The notes below the pieces were generated by a model that was given only the letters and a program-made list of their open reading frames with translations, had not been told where the DNA came from and did no database searches. The translations under genes and the position numbers were made by a program. A DNA stretch of 64,000 nucleotides from Burkholderiaceae bacterium. Its GTDB lineage: Bacteria; Pseudomonadota; Gammaproteobacteria; Burkholderiales; Burkholderiaceae_D. The stretch covers positions 40,650 to 104,649 of the forward strand of contig JBBARG010000008.1 of the NCBI GenBank assembly GCA_040399905.1, given 5' to 3'. Shown in pieces: positions 48,756 to 57,341 of the stretch (position 1 is its first letter; every line of letters begins with the position of its first letter).

Positions 48756-50939
48756 TCAGAACGCGTACTTCACACCGGCCTGGAAGGTACGTGGCATACC
48801 GACCAAAATACCGCGAGTGCGATCCACAACGTAGGTATGGTCGGCGAGGTTTTTACCTGCAACGAACAAAGTGGCTTTACCTACTGTGTAGTTAACCGTG
48901 GCGTTCCAGATGCCATATGCATCGATCGGGCCGGTGCGGCCATCACCAGTCACGTTTACAGTCGACGTGTTGGCAAAGTCGCTGAACTGCTTACCGACGT
49001 ATACGTACTCAACCCGCGTATTCCAGTTTTCCGATGACTTGTAACCGAGCGTGATTGTGGCTTGATGCTCTGGTGCGTAAGGCAAGCGCTTGCCAGTTTG
49101 ATTAACCTCGGCCGTTCCATTCGGACGATTGAAGGCGGAACGCTGCTCTGCAGTTGGCAAGTAAGTCAAAGCGGCGCGGACGAACAGGTTGCCTGCCAGC
49201 TGGGAGGTGAGCTTGTCAATTTGCCCGGCAAACTCAAGTCCTTGGTACAGAGCCTTACCCTCGGAGTAGTTGGTACTGGTGCTGGAAGCGCCGCCACCGG
49301 CTATGCTGCCGGCCTGCACATTGTTGCTGAAGTCGTTGCGGAATAGTGCGACATCGATGAAGCTGTGTCGCGTAGGCGAAGTACGCAAACCGAGCTCCAT
49401 GTTGACGCTGCGTTCAGGATTCAAGTCAACCGTACCACCTGCGCTATCAATCGCATCTTCGACACGCGCTGGGCTGAAGCCTTTGTGGATGCCGCCGTAG
49501 ACGACGGTATCGCTGCTGGCGCGGTAGGTGGCGCCAACGCCTGGAATGACTTCAGTCATTGAATCTTTGCCACGCCCCTGACCTGAAAGGTAACCGATAC
49601 GTTCGTTGCGAATATTTTCGAGACGAACAATCGGTGTCACTGCGAACTGCTCGCTGAATTCAAACCGGTTGGCGACGAAAGTCGACAGCGCCATCGTTGT
49701 GCGCTTCTGGTCTTCCTGCAGGTGTGTGACGCCACTGGTGTCACCATTTAGATATTTAGTGTAGTTCTCGTAACGAAGTTGCTTTCTTTCCTGCGACTCG
49801 CTATGCACCTTGATACCGTACTCAAGCTGGTTATTCATGCCGAACGCGGTGTGGTTTTGCTGAACTCGCGAATCTATACCTAAGGTTGTGTAGCTGCGCA
49901 GACGGCCGTTCACCTGACAACCGTCTACTGTGAGTACATCGCCGTTAATACGCGTGCTTCCGGAAGGACAGTCCAACGTACTTGACGCCTGCCGCCACCA
50001 GTTACGATCAAATTGTGCGCCATAGACACTGGTAGTCAGCGTCTTGCCAGCACCAAGATTCAAGAGGTGGGTTGCTGACACACCGGTACGTTTGAAATCA
50101 AGATGGTCGTTCTTGAAAGGATTGTAGCGGGCACCCTGCCGTGCGAATTCCTTTTCGGTCAAGCCCGAGTAGGTGTTGGTCGAATTTTCATCGTAATGGG
50201 TAGCACGCAGGATCAGTTTGTTATGCGAATTCAAATCACCAGCCCACTTGAAGTTCAGGTCATTGATCGCGCTGTGAACGTTATCGCGCGCGCCATCCGA
50301 CTCCTTGCGGTATGCATCCAGAATCGCGCCATTGCCGGTCACCATCAGATGGCCATTCAAGTAACCACGTGTGCCGGCGGCCAGACCGACGAGGCCTCCA
50401 AATGCCTTTTGCGGCTCCGGTGTGATGTAGTTGATGACGCCGCCAGCGGTTTGCGGACCGAAGCGCAGCACTTGGCTGCCCTTGCTGACTTCGATCGAAT
50501 CGTAGCGATCAATCGGCGGATGATAGTAGCTGGCGTTGTCGCCATAAGGTGCAAACGACAGTGGCAGGCCGTCTTCCAGCAGCAGAACTTTGGTTGAGCG
50601 CGTCGGGTTCAGGCCACGAATGCCGATGTTGGGACGCAGCCCCAGCCCTTCTTCATCCCGCACATGCACGCCTGGCACTTTACGCAGCGCCTCATTCACT
50701 GAAAACACGCGGCTTTGCTCCAACTCTGCCGCATCCACAATGTGCGCAGAACCCTGACTAAATTTCGAATTTGATTGCGTGCCGATGACGTCCACACGTG
50801 GAAGAGTCGGCTCTGTCGCTGCGGCCACTGTCTGGGCGTGAAGTTCGGCGTGGCTTCCCATGCTCAGCAAGACTGCAATGGCCAGCGGAGTCATTTTCAA
50901 GGAAGGTGGACACATGAAACGGCGCGACGGATACATCAA
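48756..50939 (-). CDS. TonB-dependent receptor, FecA-like
   Basis: Signal peptide, plug RGLNPTRSTKVLLLEDGLP..APY, barrel ending KNLAD..Y...PRTFQAGVKYAF. Confidence 0.9.
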   Translation of the reverse strand: MMYPSRRFMCPPSLKMTPLAIAVLLSMGSHAELHAQTVAAATEPTLPRVDVIGTQSNSKFSQGSAHIVDAAELEQSRVFSVNEALRKVPGVHVRDEEGLGLRPNIGIRGLNPTRSTKVLLLEDGLPLSFAPYGDNASYYHPPIDRYDSIEVSKGSQVLRFGPQTAGGVINYITPEPQKAFGGLVGLAAGTRGYLNGHLMVTGNGAILDAYRKESDGARDNVHSAINDLNFKWAGDLNSHNKLILRATHYDENSTNTYSGLTEKEFARQGARYNPFKNDHLDFKRTGVSATHLLNLGAGKTLTTSVYGAQFDRNWWRQASSTLDCPSGSTRINGDVLTVDGCQVNGRLRSYTTLGIDSRVQQNHTAFGMNNQLEYGIKVHSESQERKQLRYENYTKYLNGDTSGVTHLQEDQKRTTMALSTFVANRFEFSEQFAVTPIVRLENIRNERIGYLSGQGRGKDSMTEVIPGVGATYRASSDTVVYGGIHKGFSPARVEDAIDSAGGTVDLNPERSVNMELGLRTSPTRHSFIDVALFRNDFSNNVQAGSIAGGGASSTSTNYSEGKALYQGLEFAGQIDKLTSQLAGNLFVRAALTYLPTAEQRSAFNRPNGTAEVNQTGKRLPYAPEHQATITLGYKSSENWNTRVEYVYVGKQFSDFANTSTVNVTGDGRTGPIDAYGIWNATVNYTVGKATLFVAGKNLADHTYVVDRTRGILVGMPRTFQAGVKYAF

Positions 50940-50967
50940 GCTCTCCTACTACAATTGAGTTAACGAG

Positions 50968-50987
50968 AATAAGAACGATTCCTATTA
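50968..50987 (-). promoter_or_regulatory. Putative Fur box upstream of the TonB receptor
   Basis: Minus strand TAATAGGAATCGTTCTTATT resembles the Fur consensus; about 30 bp from the start of an iron-receptor-type gene. Confidence 0.5.
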
Positions 50988-51038
50988 CCCACAATTGTAA
51001 GCAATTAGTCAGCCTTTATTATCGGAATTTACTATCAA

Positions 51039-51052
51039 TTGATGTACATCAA
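51039..51052. promoter_or_regulatory. FNR/Anr box
   Basis: TTGAT-GTAC-ATCAA is an exact consensus match, inside the perfect 18-bp palindrome AATTGATGTACATCAATT (51037-51054). Confidence 0.8.
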
Positions 51053-51211
51053 TTTATTTTGGCTATCAATTCTTAACTGAAAGCGGCTTATCAAGCCAAA
51101 TGAACAAAGTCCTTAGCCCGCGCTCAAATTGAAGAATTGATAAAAAAACGGATGCTTCCAGAATTACAAGCCTCTGTATGGCATGCCGAAAACTGCAACG
51201 AAGGAAATTCG

Positions 51212-51928
51212 GTGACCAATAACGCTGCCATCAAACTGAAAATTTTTCGTTACGATCCAGACCGTGATGATCGTCCTGCCATGCAGGACATAGCGATTGT
51301 TCCTGAGCACGGGGATAGGATGCTGCTGGATTTACTCGAACGAATACGGCACCAGATTGATGACAGCCTGTCCTTCCGTCGCTCTTGCCGCGAAGGCGTC
51401 TGCGGCTCGGACGGGATGAATATCAACGGCAAGAACGGGCTCGCTTGTCTCGCCAACCTGAAAGAATTAACACAACCGATTGTGCTGCGCCCCCTTCCCG
51501 GGCTGCCGGTCATTCGCGATCTGATCGTCGATATGACCTCGTTCTGGAAGCAATACCATTCGATCAAGCCGTTCTTGATCAATGACACGCCGCCGCCTGA
51601 ATTGGAACGTTTGCAAAGCCCGGATGAACGTGATCTGTTGAACGGACTCTACGAATGCATACTGTGCGCCTGCTGTTCCAGCGCCTGCCCTACCTACTGG
51701 TGGAATCCGGACAAGTTTGTTGGTCCGGCCGGTCTGCTGCAGGCGTATCGCTTCATCGCTGACAGCAGGGACACGGCGCTGGCAGAACGGCTCGACAATC
51801 TCAATGATGCATACCGGTTGTTTCGTTGCAGAACCATCATGAACTGTACCGACGTCTGCCCGAAGGGATTGAATCCGGCTGCCGCCATCAGCAACATTCG
51901 CAACTTACTGGTTAAACGCTCCGTTTAA
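51212..51928 (+). CDS. sdhB: Orphan second succinate dehydrogenase Fe-S subunit
   Basis: All three cluster motifs intact ([34 protein letters not shown]); GTG start after an AAGGA RBS; highly similar to 32049-32759. Confidence 0.92.
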   Translation: MTNNAAIKLKIFRYDPDRDDRPAMQDIAIVPEHGDRMLLDLLERIRHQIDDSLSFRRSCREGVCGSDGMNINGKNGLACLANLKELTQPIVLRPLPGLPVIRDLIVDMTSFWKQYHSIKPFLINDTPPPELERLQSPDERDLLNGLYECILCACCSSACPTYWWNPDKFVGPAGLLQAYRFIADSRDTALAERLDNLNDAYRLFRCRTIMNCTDVCPKGLNPAAAISNIRNLLVKRSV

Positions 51929-52266
51929 TTTCCAGCTATTCAGACAGCATGAAGGCATCGCTTTAAGTGAATGCCAATTGCGCCCTCTCCCCTGTCAACA
52001 CTAATTTGAAGTGCAAGCACGTCTGAATAAGTGCTGCACGTTTTTTCGACACGAATACATTGTCGATAAATTTGCTTAGCAAAATGCAAGTAAAGATTCT
52101 TGCAAGAAATTGAATACTTCTATGTAACTAATTATTTTTGTAAATATGTGCTTCGGGACAAAAAGTTTCTACTTTGCGGAATACTATGTACAGAGTTAGC
52201 GACAAATTCGTAATTGAAGAACGCTAAAAATACACGCGCTCACTCAACAAGATAAGGACATCAAAA

Positions 52267-53196
52267 ATGATGAAAATCCGTTCCCTGCTTTTCGTACTGG
52301 GGATGCTATTGAGTTCTGCGTCTTCAGCGACGGTTCAAGTCAGCATTGGCATCAACTTACCCCTTTATCCGAACCTTGTCGTCGTTCCCGGTTATCCCGT
52401 GTACTACGCACCGCAACTACATGCGAACTACTTTTTTTATGACGGCATGTACTGGGTCTATCAGAATGACTACTGGTATTCGAGCTCTTGGTACAACGGC
52501 CCTTGGTGGATTGTGGGGCCAGAGCTCGTACCCGTATTTATTTTAAGAATTCCTGTTCGTTACTATCGCCAACCGCCTGCATTCTTCATTGGGTGGCGCT
52601 CTGATTCTTCGCCGCGCTGGGATGAACACTGGGGCCGTGACTGGAGCCAGAATAGAAATGGTTGGGACAGATGGGATCACCGCTCTGCACCACGACCCGC
52701 AGCCCTGCCTTTGTACCAACGCGACTATTCCGGCGATCGGTATCCAAAACAATTAGAGCAGCAGCAAGAGCTGCATCAGCGTAATTACAATCACCAACCC
52801 CGCGATCCAGTGGTCCGGCAGCGCTATCAAGAACAGTCATCACAATCACGTGATGAAGAGATGCAGAGTTCACCGCCAAACTCTGCACAGCAAGGACGAC
52901 CGGAATTTCAGGATCAGCGACGGCAGCAACGGCAAGACAGGGATCTGCGTGAACAAGCAGAACGTGAACAGTCAGGACGTGAACAATCAGGACGCGATCA
53001 ACGAAGACGCGAACAGTCCTCACGAAATGATGGCATAGAAACCAACAGCGACATGCAAAGGCCAACACGTCCAAACTTTGAGGAAGGTCGTCCTGAATAC
53101 CAGGAGCGCCGGCAACGATCGCAGCCGGCTCCGGAATTTCGCGATCAGCAGAATCCAAATCGTGGGCAGAAAGAGCGCAGGGGTGGCAACGAATAA
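52267..53196 (+). CDS. Hypothetical secreted protein with Tyr/Trp/Pro-rich domain and Arg/Gln/Glu-rich tail
   Basis: AAGGA RBS, signal peptide, YWVYQNDYWYSSSWYNGPW segment, low-complexity tail. Confidence 0.72.
   Translation: MMKIRSLLFVLGMLLSSASSATVQVSIGINLPLYPNLVVVPGYPVYYAPQLHANYFFYDGMYWVYQNDYWYSSSWYNGPWWIVGPELVPVFILRIPVRYYRQPPAFFIGWRSDSSPRWDEHWGRDWSQNRNGWDRWDHRSAPRPAALPLYQRDYSGDRYPKQLEQQQELHQRNYNHQPRDPVVRQRYQEQSSQSRDEEMQSSPPNSAQQGRPEFQDQRRQQRQDRDLREQAEREQSGREQSGRDQRRREQSSRNDGIETNSDMQRPTRPNFEEGRPEYQERRQRSQPAPEFRDQQNPNRGQKERRGGNE
52948..53022 (+). repeat. In-frame 15-bp tandem repeat, five copies
   Basis: CGTGAACAAGCAGAA/CGTGAACAGTCAGGA/CGTGAACAATCAGGA/CGCGATCAACGAAGA/CGCGAACAGTCCTCA encode REQAE REQSG REQSG RDQRR REQSS. 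Confidence 0.8.
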
Positions 53197-53319
53197 TTCA
53201 CGCAAATTCTTGCGTCAGAAATTTACCAAGATGAATGTACCAAGATGAATGTAACAAGATGAAATTGAATGACTTCAATTCTCTTAAAACTTTTATAAAT
53301 GACAAACAGGAGAACCAAG

Positions 53320-53766
53320 ATGAAATCATTTTTATTCGCGGCTTCAGTAGCTGTTGTAACGCTCACTACCTCAGCGTTTGCTGCTGATGTCGGTGTCTCG
53401 GTCAGCATCGGTCAGCCCGGCTTTTATGGGCGAATCGATTTAGGCAGCTTCCCTTCACGCCCGCCAGTGATTTACGGGCAACCCAGAATCATTGAACGAT
53501 CCGTTATTGTCGGGGATCCGGTTTACCTGCGCGTGCCACCTGGCCATCGTAAAAACTGGGGCAAGCATTGCGGTCAATATAATGCCTGCGGCGAGCAGGT
53601 CTACTTTGTGCAGGATAACTGGTATGAGCGTGAATATATTCCTCAGTATCGTGAGCAACATGGCGGCCGTGGGGATGACCGCGATGATCGCGATGACCGC
53701 GGTGGCAAGCACGGTAAAAATGGACATGGCCGACATGATAAAGATAACGGTCGCGGCCACAACTAA
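53320..53766 (+). CDS. Hypothetical secreted protein
   Basis: AGGAG RBS, signal peptide, VGVSVSIGQPGFYGRID, PVYLRVPPGH.KNW.KHC..YNACG..VYFV, DDR-repeat His/Lys tail. Confidence 0.78.
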   Translation: MKSFLFAASVAVVTLTTSAFAADVGVSVSIGQPGFYGRIDLGSFPSRPPVIYGQPRIIERSVIVGDPVYLRVPPGHRKNWGKHCGQYNACGEQVYFVQDNWYEREYIPQYREQHGGRGDDRDDRDDRGGKHGKNGHGRHDKDNGRGHN

Positions 53767-53895
53767 TTGATTTCAACAATTCCTCAATCTGCCTAAGCTC
53801 TTATGAGCGTAGGCGCATTGAGTGGCAACTCAAGAGCTGTTTTGTTAGTCGGCGTTTGCCATGACTGTAACTTTAAATTATCAAGGAAAAAAATC

Positions 53896-54237
53896 ATGAA
53901 TAAAACCAAACGCATTCCTGCCCTTATCTTTGCGGGTGTCATGGCAACCGCTCTGGGCTGCACCACCATGACTGGTCAGGACAAATCATCAACGACTAGT
54001 CGTGAGAGCACTGGTCAGTATGTGGATGACACTATCCTTACGACAAAAGTAAAAGCGGCAGTGCTGCAAGAACCTTTGCTGAAATCGTATGAAATAAATG
54101 TTGAAACCTACAAGGGTGTCGTACAGTTGAGCGGATTTGTAAGCTCGCAAGCAGAAATCAACAAAGCGGTAGAAATCACACGCACCATTAAGGGAGTTGT
54201 CTCTGTTAAGAACAACATGCTCGTCAAAGGCAAATAA
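53896..54237 (+). CDS. BON-domain (OsmY-like) lipoprotein
   Basis: AAGGA RBS, ALGC lipobox, GQYVDDTILTTKVKAA...INVETYKGVVQLSGFV. Confidence 0.9.
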   Translation: MNKTKRIPALIFAGVMATALGCTTMTGQDKSSTTSRESTGQYVDDTILTTKVKAAVLQEPLLKSYEINVETYKGVVQLSGFVSSQAEINKAVEITRTIKGVVSVKNNMLVKGK

Positions 54238-54248
54238 TTAAAATAATT

Positions 54249-55031
54249 TCAGTGCAGCGGCTCTGCTGCGCCCGGCATAGTCGAACCAGACATGCGCTGC
54301 ATGGGCGCTCCCAGCGTCGCTTCTTCAAACCATGCCTGAACTTGCTGCAAGTGTTCACGCTCATGTTGAAGAGCCGTTCTGAAGTTTGCCGCAATTGAAT
54401 CATGATGCTGGTTTTCAGCTAGCGCAATCAGCATTTCCCAACCGCTGTTGTCGGCCATTTCAGCAATCAGTATCGCGTGCAGCGATTGTGTGACTGTCGT
54501 GCGTGGGTCCAGGACGGCATTCATCAAGCCGCCAGATTCAATTCCGGCCAGATCGGCACAGGGTGTCTGTGCGGTAGGATCAGCACCGAGTCCCTGGATT
54601 GCATCAGCTACCATGGCGAAATGCGCTGCTTCCTGATCGCGAATCTGTATTAGCTTATCGAGTGGCACGGTCGTCGTGCCATTCTGTTCCAGCGCCTGAA
54701 CCTTGCAAATTAACGCGTCATATAGCCGGGTACCGCTGCGCTCGAAGGCAAGCCGCTCGCCGAGCTTGTCGATGAACAGCTGCGGCATGTTCCCGGTGAT
54801 CATGGAGGTCGCCGACGACATGACACCCGTAAGCGTGCCCGGTATGGGCACCGAGCCTAGTTCGTCTGCCTCAGTAATGTAATCAGCGCGCATGTCATCC
54901 AACGCCGAGGTGTCGGGATTGATGGAGTCATCCGGCATCACGTTGCGGGTTGCATCACTCATCGAGCTGCTATCAATTGGCGACATTTGTACGCCGGTTC
55001 TATTCATTCCCATTGCTGGCTGTTCTTTCAT
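54249..55031 (-). CDS. Ferritin-like domain protein
   Basis: Four-helix di-metal pattern LAFERSGTRLYD...QEAAH...AEMADNSGWE...HEREH; AGGAG RBS. Confidence 0.8.
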   Translation of the reverse strand: MKEQPAMGMNRTGVQMSPIDSSSMSDATRNVMPDDSINPDTSALDDMRADYITEADELGSVPIPGTLTGVMSSATSMITGNMPQLFIDKLGERLAFERSGTRLYDALICKVQALEQNGTTTVPLDKLIQIRDQEAAHFAMVADAIQGLGADPTAQTPCADLAGIESGGLMNAVLDPRTTVTQSLHAILIAEMADNSGWEMLIALAENQHHDSIAANFRTALQHEREHLQQVQAWFEEATLGAPMQRMSGSTMPGAAEPLH

Positions 55032-55085
55032 GTCTTCTCCTGTATTCGTAACAATGTATTCAGATGTATGAACGCTTAAGTGCGT

Positions 55086-56258
55086 TTAAGCGGCAACAGC
55101 TTGACGGCGTGCGAGTTCGGTACCGGGTATCCATACATAGCCGTTAGCGATGCTGTCGCTGGGCGAGCCGTCGGCGTTGATGCGCGTGCGGTAATCTATT
55201 GAAGCTTGGCTTTCATCCTTCTTGTCGACAAATTGCGTGCCGTTGGTACGCAGATCAACTTCCTGCAATAAGGTCTGCCGCACAAAATCACGCTGGCTGG
55301 CAAAAGAAATCGGCTCTGGTAAATCGCCAGGAAAAACTTCTGCCGGATCACGCCGCTCGTATTGCTTGAAAAGCTCGACCACATGATTGAAATGGCCGAG
55401 TTCATAATCAAGGAAGCGCTCCCAGATGGCCTTCACGCGCGGGTTCGTTTCCTGCTGCACGCAGCTGTAGTAGTTATAGACTTCGGTCGCTTCATGCATG
55501 AGCCATTGCTCCATCCATGTTTCCTGCGGATCGAGCAGCGATTCATACTGGGTCACATGCTGCTCTTCGATGGAGGCGATTTCAGCATACAGCTGACGCG
55601 CTACAGAGTCGGCGAACTGCGGACCAACATTCAAGTAATACTGGTTGACTTGAGTCTCGGTGGCAACAATCGTCAACGCCTGCAGCTTGGTAATCGGCGC
55701 AGCGGATGTCTTGTCGTAGGGTTCGCGCACATCATCTTCCGGCGCGCGGTGCTCGAGTTTGGTCGGCCGCCCCGGCAAAATATCGGTATAGCTCTGCAAG
55801 ATGTTGTTGGCATCTTTGCCTTCGACACGATCAAGCAGGGCTGAGTAACGATAAAGATGATCAAAGTCTTCTAGCATGCCAAAACGATAGACTTGCGCCA
55901 GATACGGATCCGGTTCACGTTGCGCCACTGCAGCCGTGATTTCAATAGCTGCCTGCTCATAGCCAATGGTAATTTCCAGCGGCGAATGATCGGGGCCGAG
56001 CAACCAGTTGACCAGTGTTGCCTGATGCTGTTCGATACGGCGCGTGCGTGCCAGTGGAATCCGCAGATCACGATTCATTCTTGCTGCCATATGCTGGAAG
56101 CGCTGCGATTGCTGCTCGATGCCATTCATCAAAATAACTCTTACCCGCGTAAAAGCGTCATCATCAAGCTTGCTGATTGGTTTGCCGACCATGTCGCGCC
56201 ATGTGAGATTTTGCTTGTCAAGCGGCGTGCCTTTTGAACTGAAGAGATTGAATGCCAT
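55086..56258 (-). CDS. Hypothetical protein, probable tandem ferritin-like di-metal domains
   Basis: Repeated carboxylate/His motifs NGIE..EQHQ, GYEQ..EDFDH, ATET..EEQH, HEATE..ELGH; AAGGA RBS before ATG at 56258. Confidence 0.7.
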   Translation of the reverse strand: MAFNLFSSKGTPLDKQNLTWRDMVGKPISKLDDDAFTRVRVILMNGIEQQSQRFQHMAARMNRDLRIPLARTRRIEQHQATLVNWLLGPDHSPLEITIGYEQAAIEITAAVAQREPDPYLAQVYRFGMLEDFDHLYRYSALLDRVEGKDANNILQSYTDILPGRPTKLEHRAPEDDVREPYDKTSAAPITKLQALTIVATETQVNQYYLNVGPQFADSVARQLYAEIASIEEQHVTQYESLLDPQETWMEQWLMHEATEVYNYYSCVQQETNPRVKAIWERFLDYELGHFNHVVELFKQYERRDPAEVFPGDLPEPISFASQRDFVRQTLLQEVDLRTNGTQFVDKKDESQASIDYRTRINADGSPSDSIANGYVWIPGTELARRQAVAA

Positions 56259-56528
56259 TTGCTTTTCCTTTTGCATAAAATTTTTTGACGCTGTGAATTT
56301 GACGCTGCGAAGCTGCCGAAGGCTTGCATCAAGCGACCACAGTTAAAAAAATCAGATGCCAAGTCGGGCGACAAGTTGCGGCGTTTTGCGTATGTATGTG
56401 CACGAACAGCTCACAAGCATCTATAGAGAAATGAATAGCGACGGCATGCATTTTTTACGCGCACACGCAACTTCAGCAGCCAAAAATTAGCCATATGCAG
56501 ATATCTCCCGCACTAGCCGGAGCTTGAT

Positions 56529-57299
56529 ATGGAAAAAATTTTGGAAGGCAAGAAAGGACTTGTTGTAGGGGTCGCTAATTCTCAGTCGATTGCATGGGGC
56601 TGTGCCCGCGCTTTTCATGAAGCCGGCGCAAGCCTGGCAATGACTTATCTCAATGAGAAAGCAGAACCACATGTGCGACCGCTGGCGGAATCGGCGCAGG
56701 CAGAGATGTTGCTGCCACTTGATGTTCGCAATGACATGCAGATGAAGACGCTATTTGATTCGATTGCGCAGCAATGGGGCAATCTCGATTTTTTGCTGCA
56801 TGCGATTGCCTATGCGCCCAAGGATGAGCTGCTGGGTCGGGTAACTGATACCTCCCGCCACGGCTTTATGGAAGCGATGGACATTTCCTGCCATTCTTTT
56901 ATCCGCATGGCTGCACATGCAGAGCCGCTGATGCGCGAAGGCGGTTGCCTGCTGACGACGACCTATTACGGCAGCGAGAAAGTCATCCCGCATTACAACA
57001 TGATGGGCCCGGTGAAAGCTGCACTGGAGAGCACGGTGCGCTACCTCGCGGCCGAGCTTGGGCCGACAGGCATTCGCGTCAATGCGCTATCTCCGGGGCC
57101 CGTGATGACTCGCGCAGCCAGTGGCATTGGGCACTTTGACGAACTGCTGCAACTTGCGCACAACAGGTCCGCGCAGCATCAGTCCATTTGCATAGACTGC
57201 GTGGGTGCTTATGCGCGATTTCTGGCCAGTGACGACGCACGGCTGGTCACTGGCAGCGTCGCCTACGTTGACGCAGGCTTCAACATCATGGGTGCTTAA
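56529..57299 (+). CDS. fabI: Enoyl-ACP reductase FabI-like (probable paralogue)
   Basis: GVANSQSIAWGCA, LLHAIAYAP, catalytic YNMMGPVKAALES and RVNALSPGP. Confidence 0.85.
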   Translation: MEKILEGKKGLVVGVANSQSIAWGCARAFHEAGASLAMTYLNEKAEPHVRPLAESAQAEMLLPLDVRNDMQMKTLFDSIAQQWGNLDFLLHAIAYAPKDELLGRVTDTSRHGFMEAMDISCHSFIRMAAHAEPLMREGGCLLTTTYYGSEKVIPHYNMMGPVKAALESTVRYLAAELGPTGIRVNALSPGPVMTRAASGIGHFDELLQLAHNRSAQHQSICIDCVGAYARFLASDDARLVTGSVAYVDAGFNIMGA

Positions 57300-57341
57300 A
57301 GCAAAAAACATCGCGCATATCAGTCAATGATGTAAATGATG

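Noticed and set aside
52097-52108. 12-bp palindrome TTCTTGCAAGAA
   Set aside because: A single short palindrome in an AT-rich spacer with no matching regulator or second copy; could be chance.
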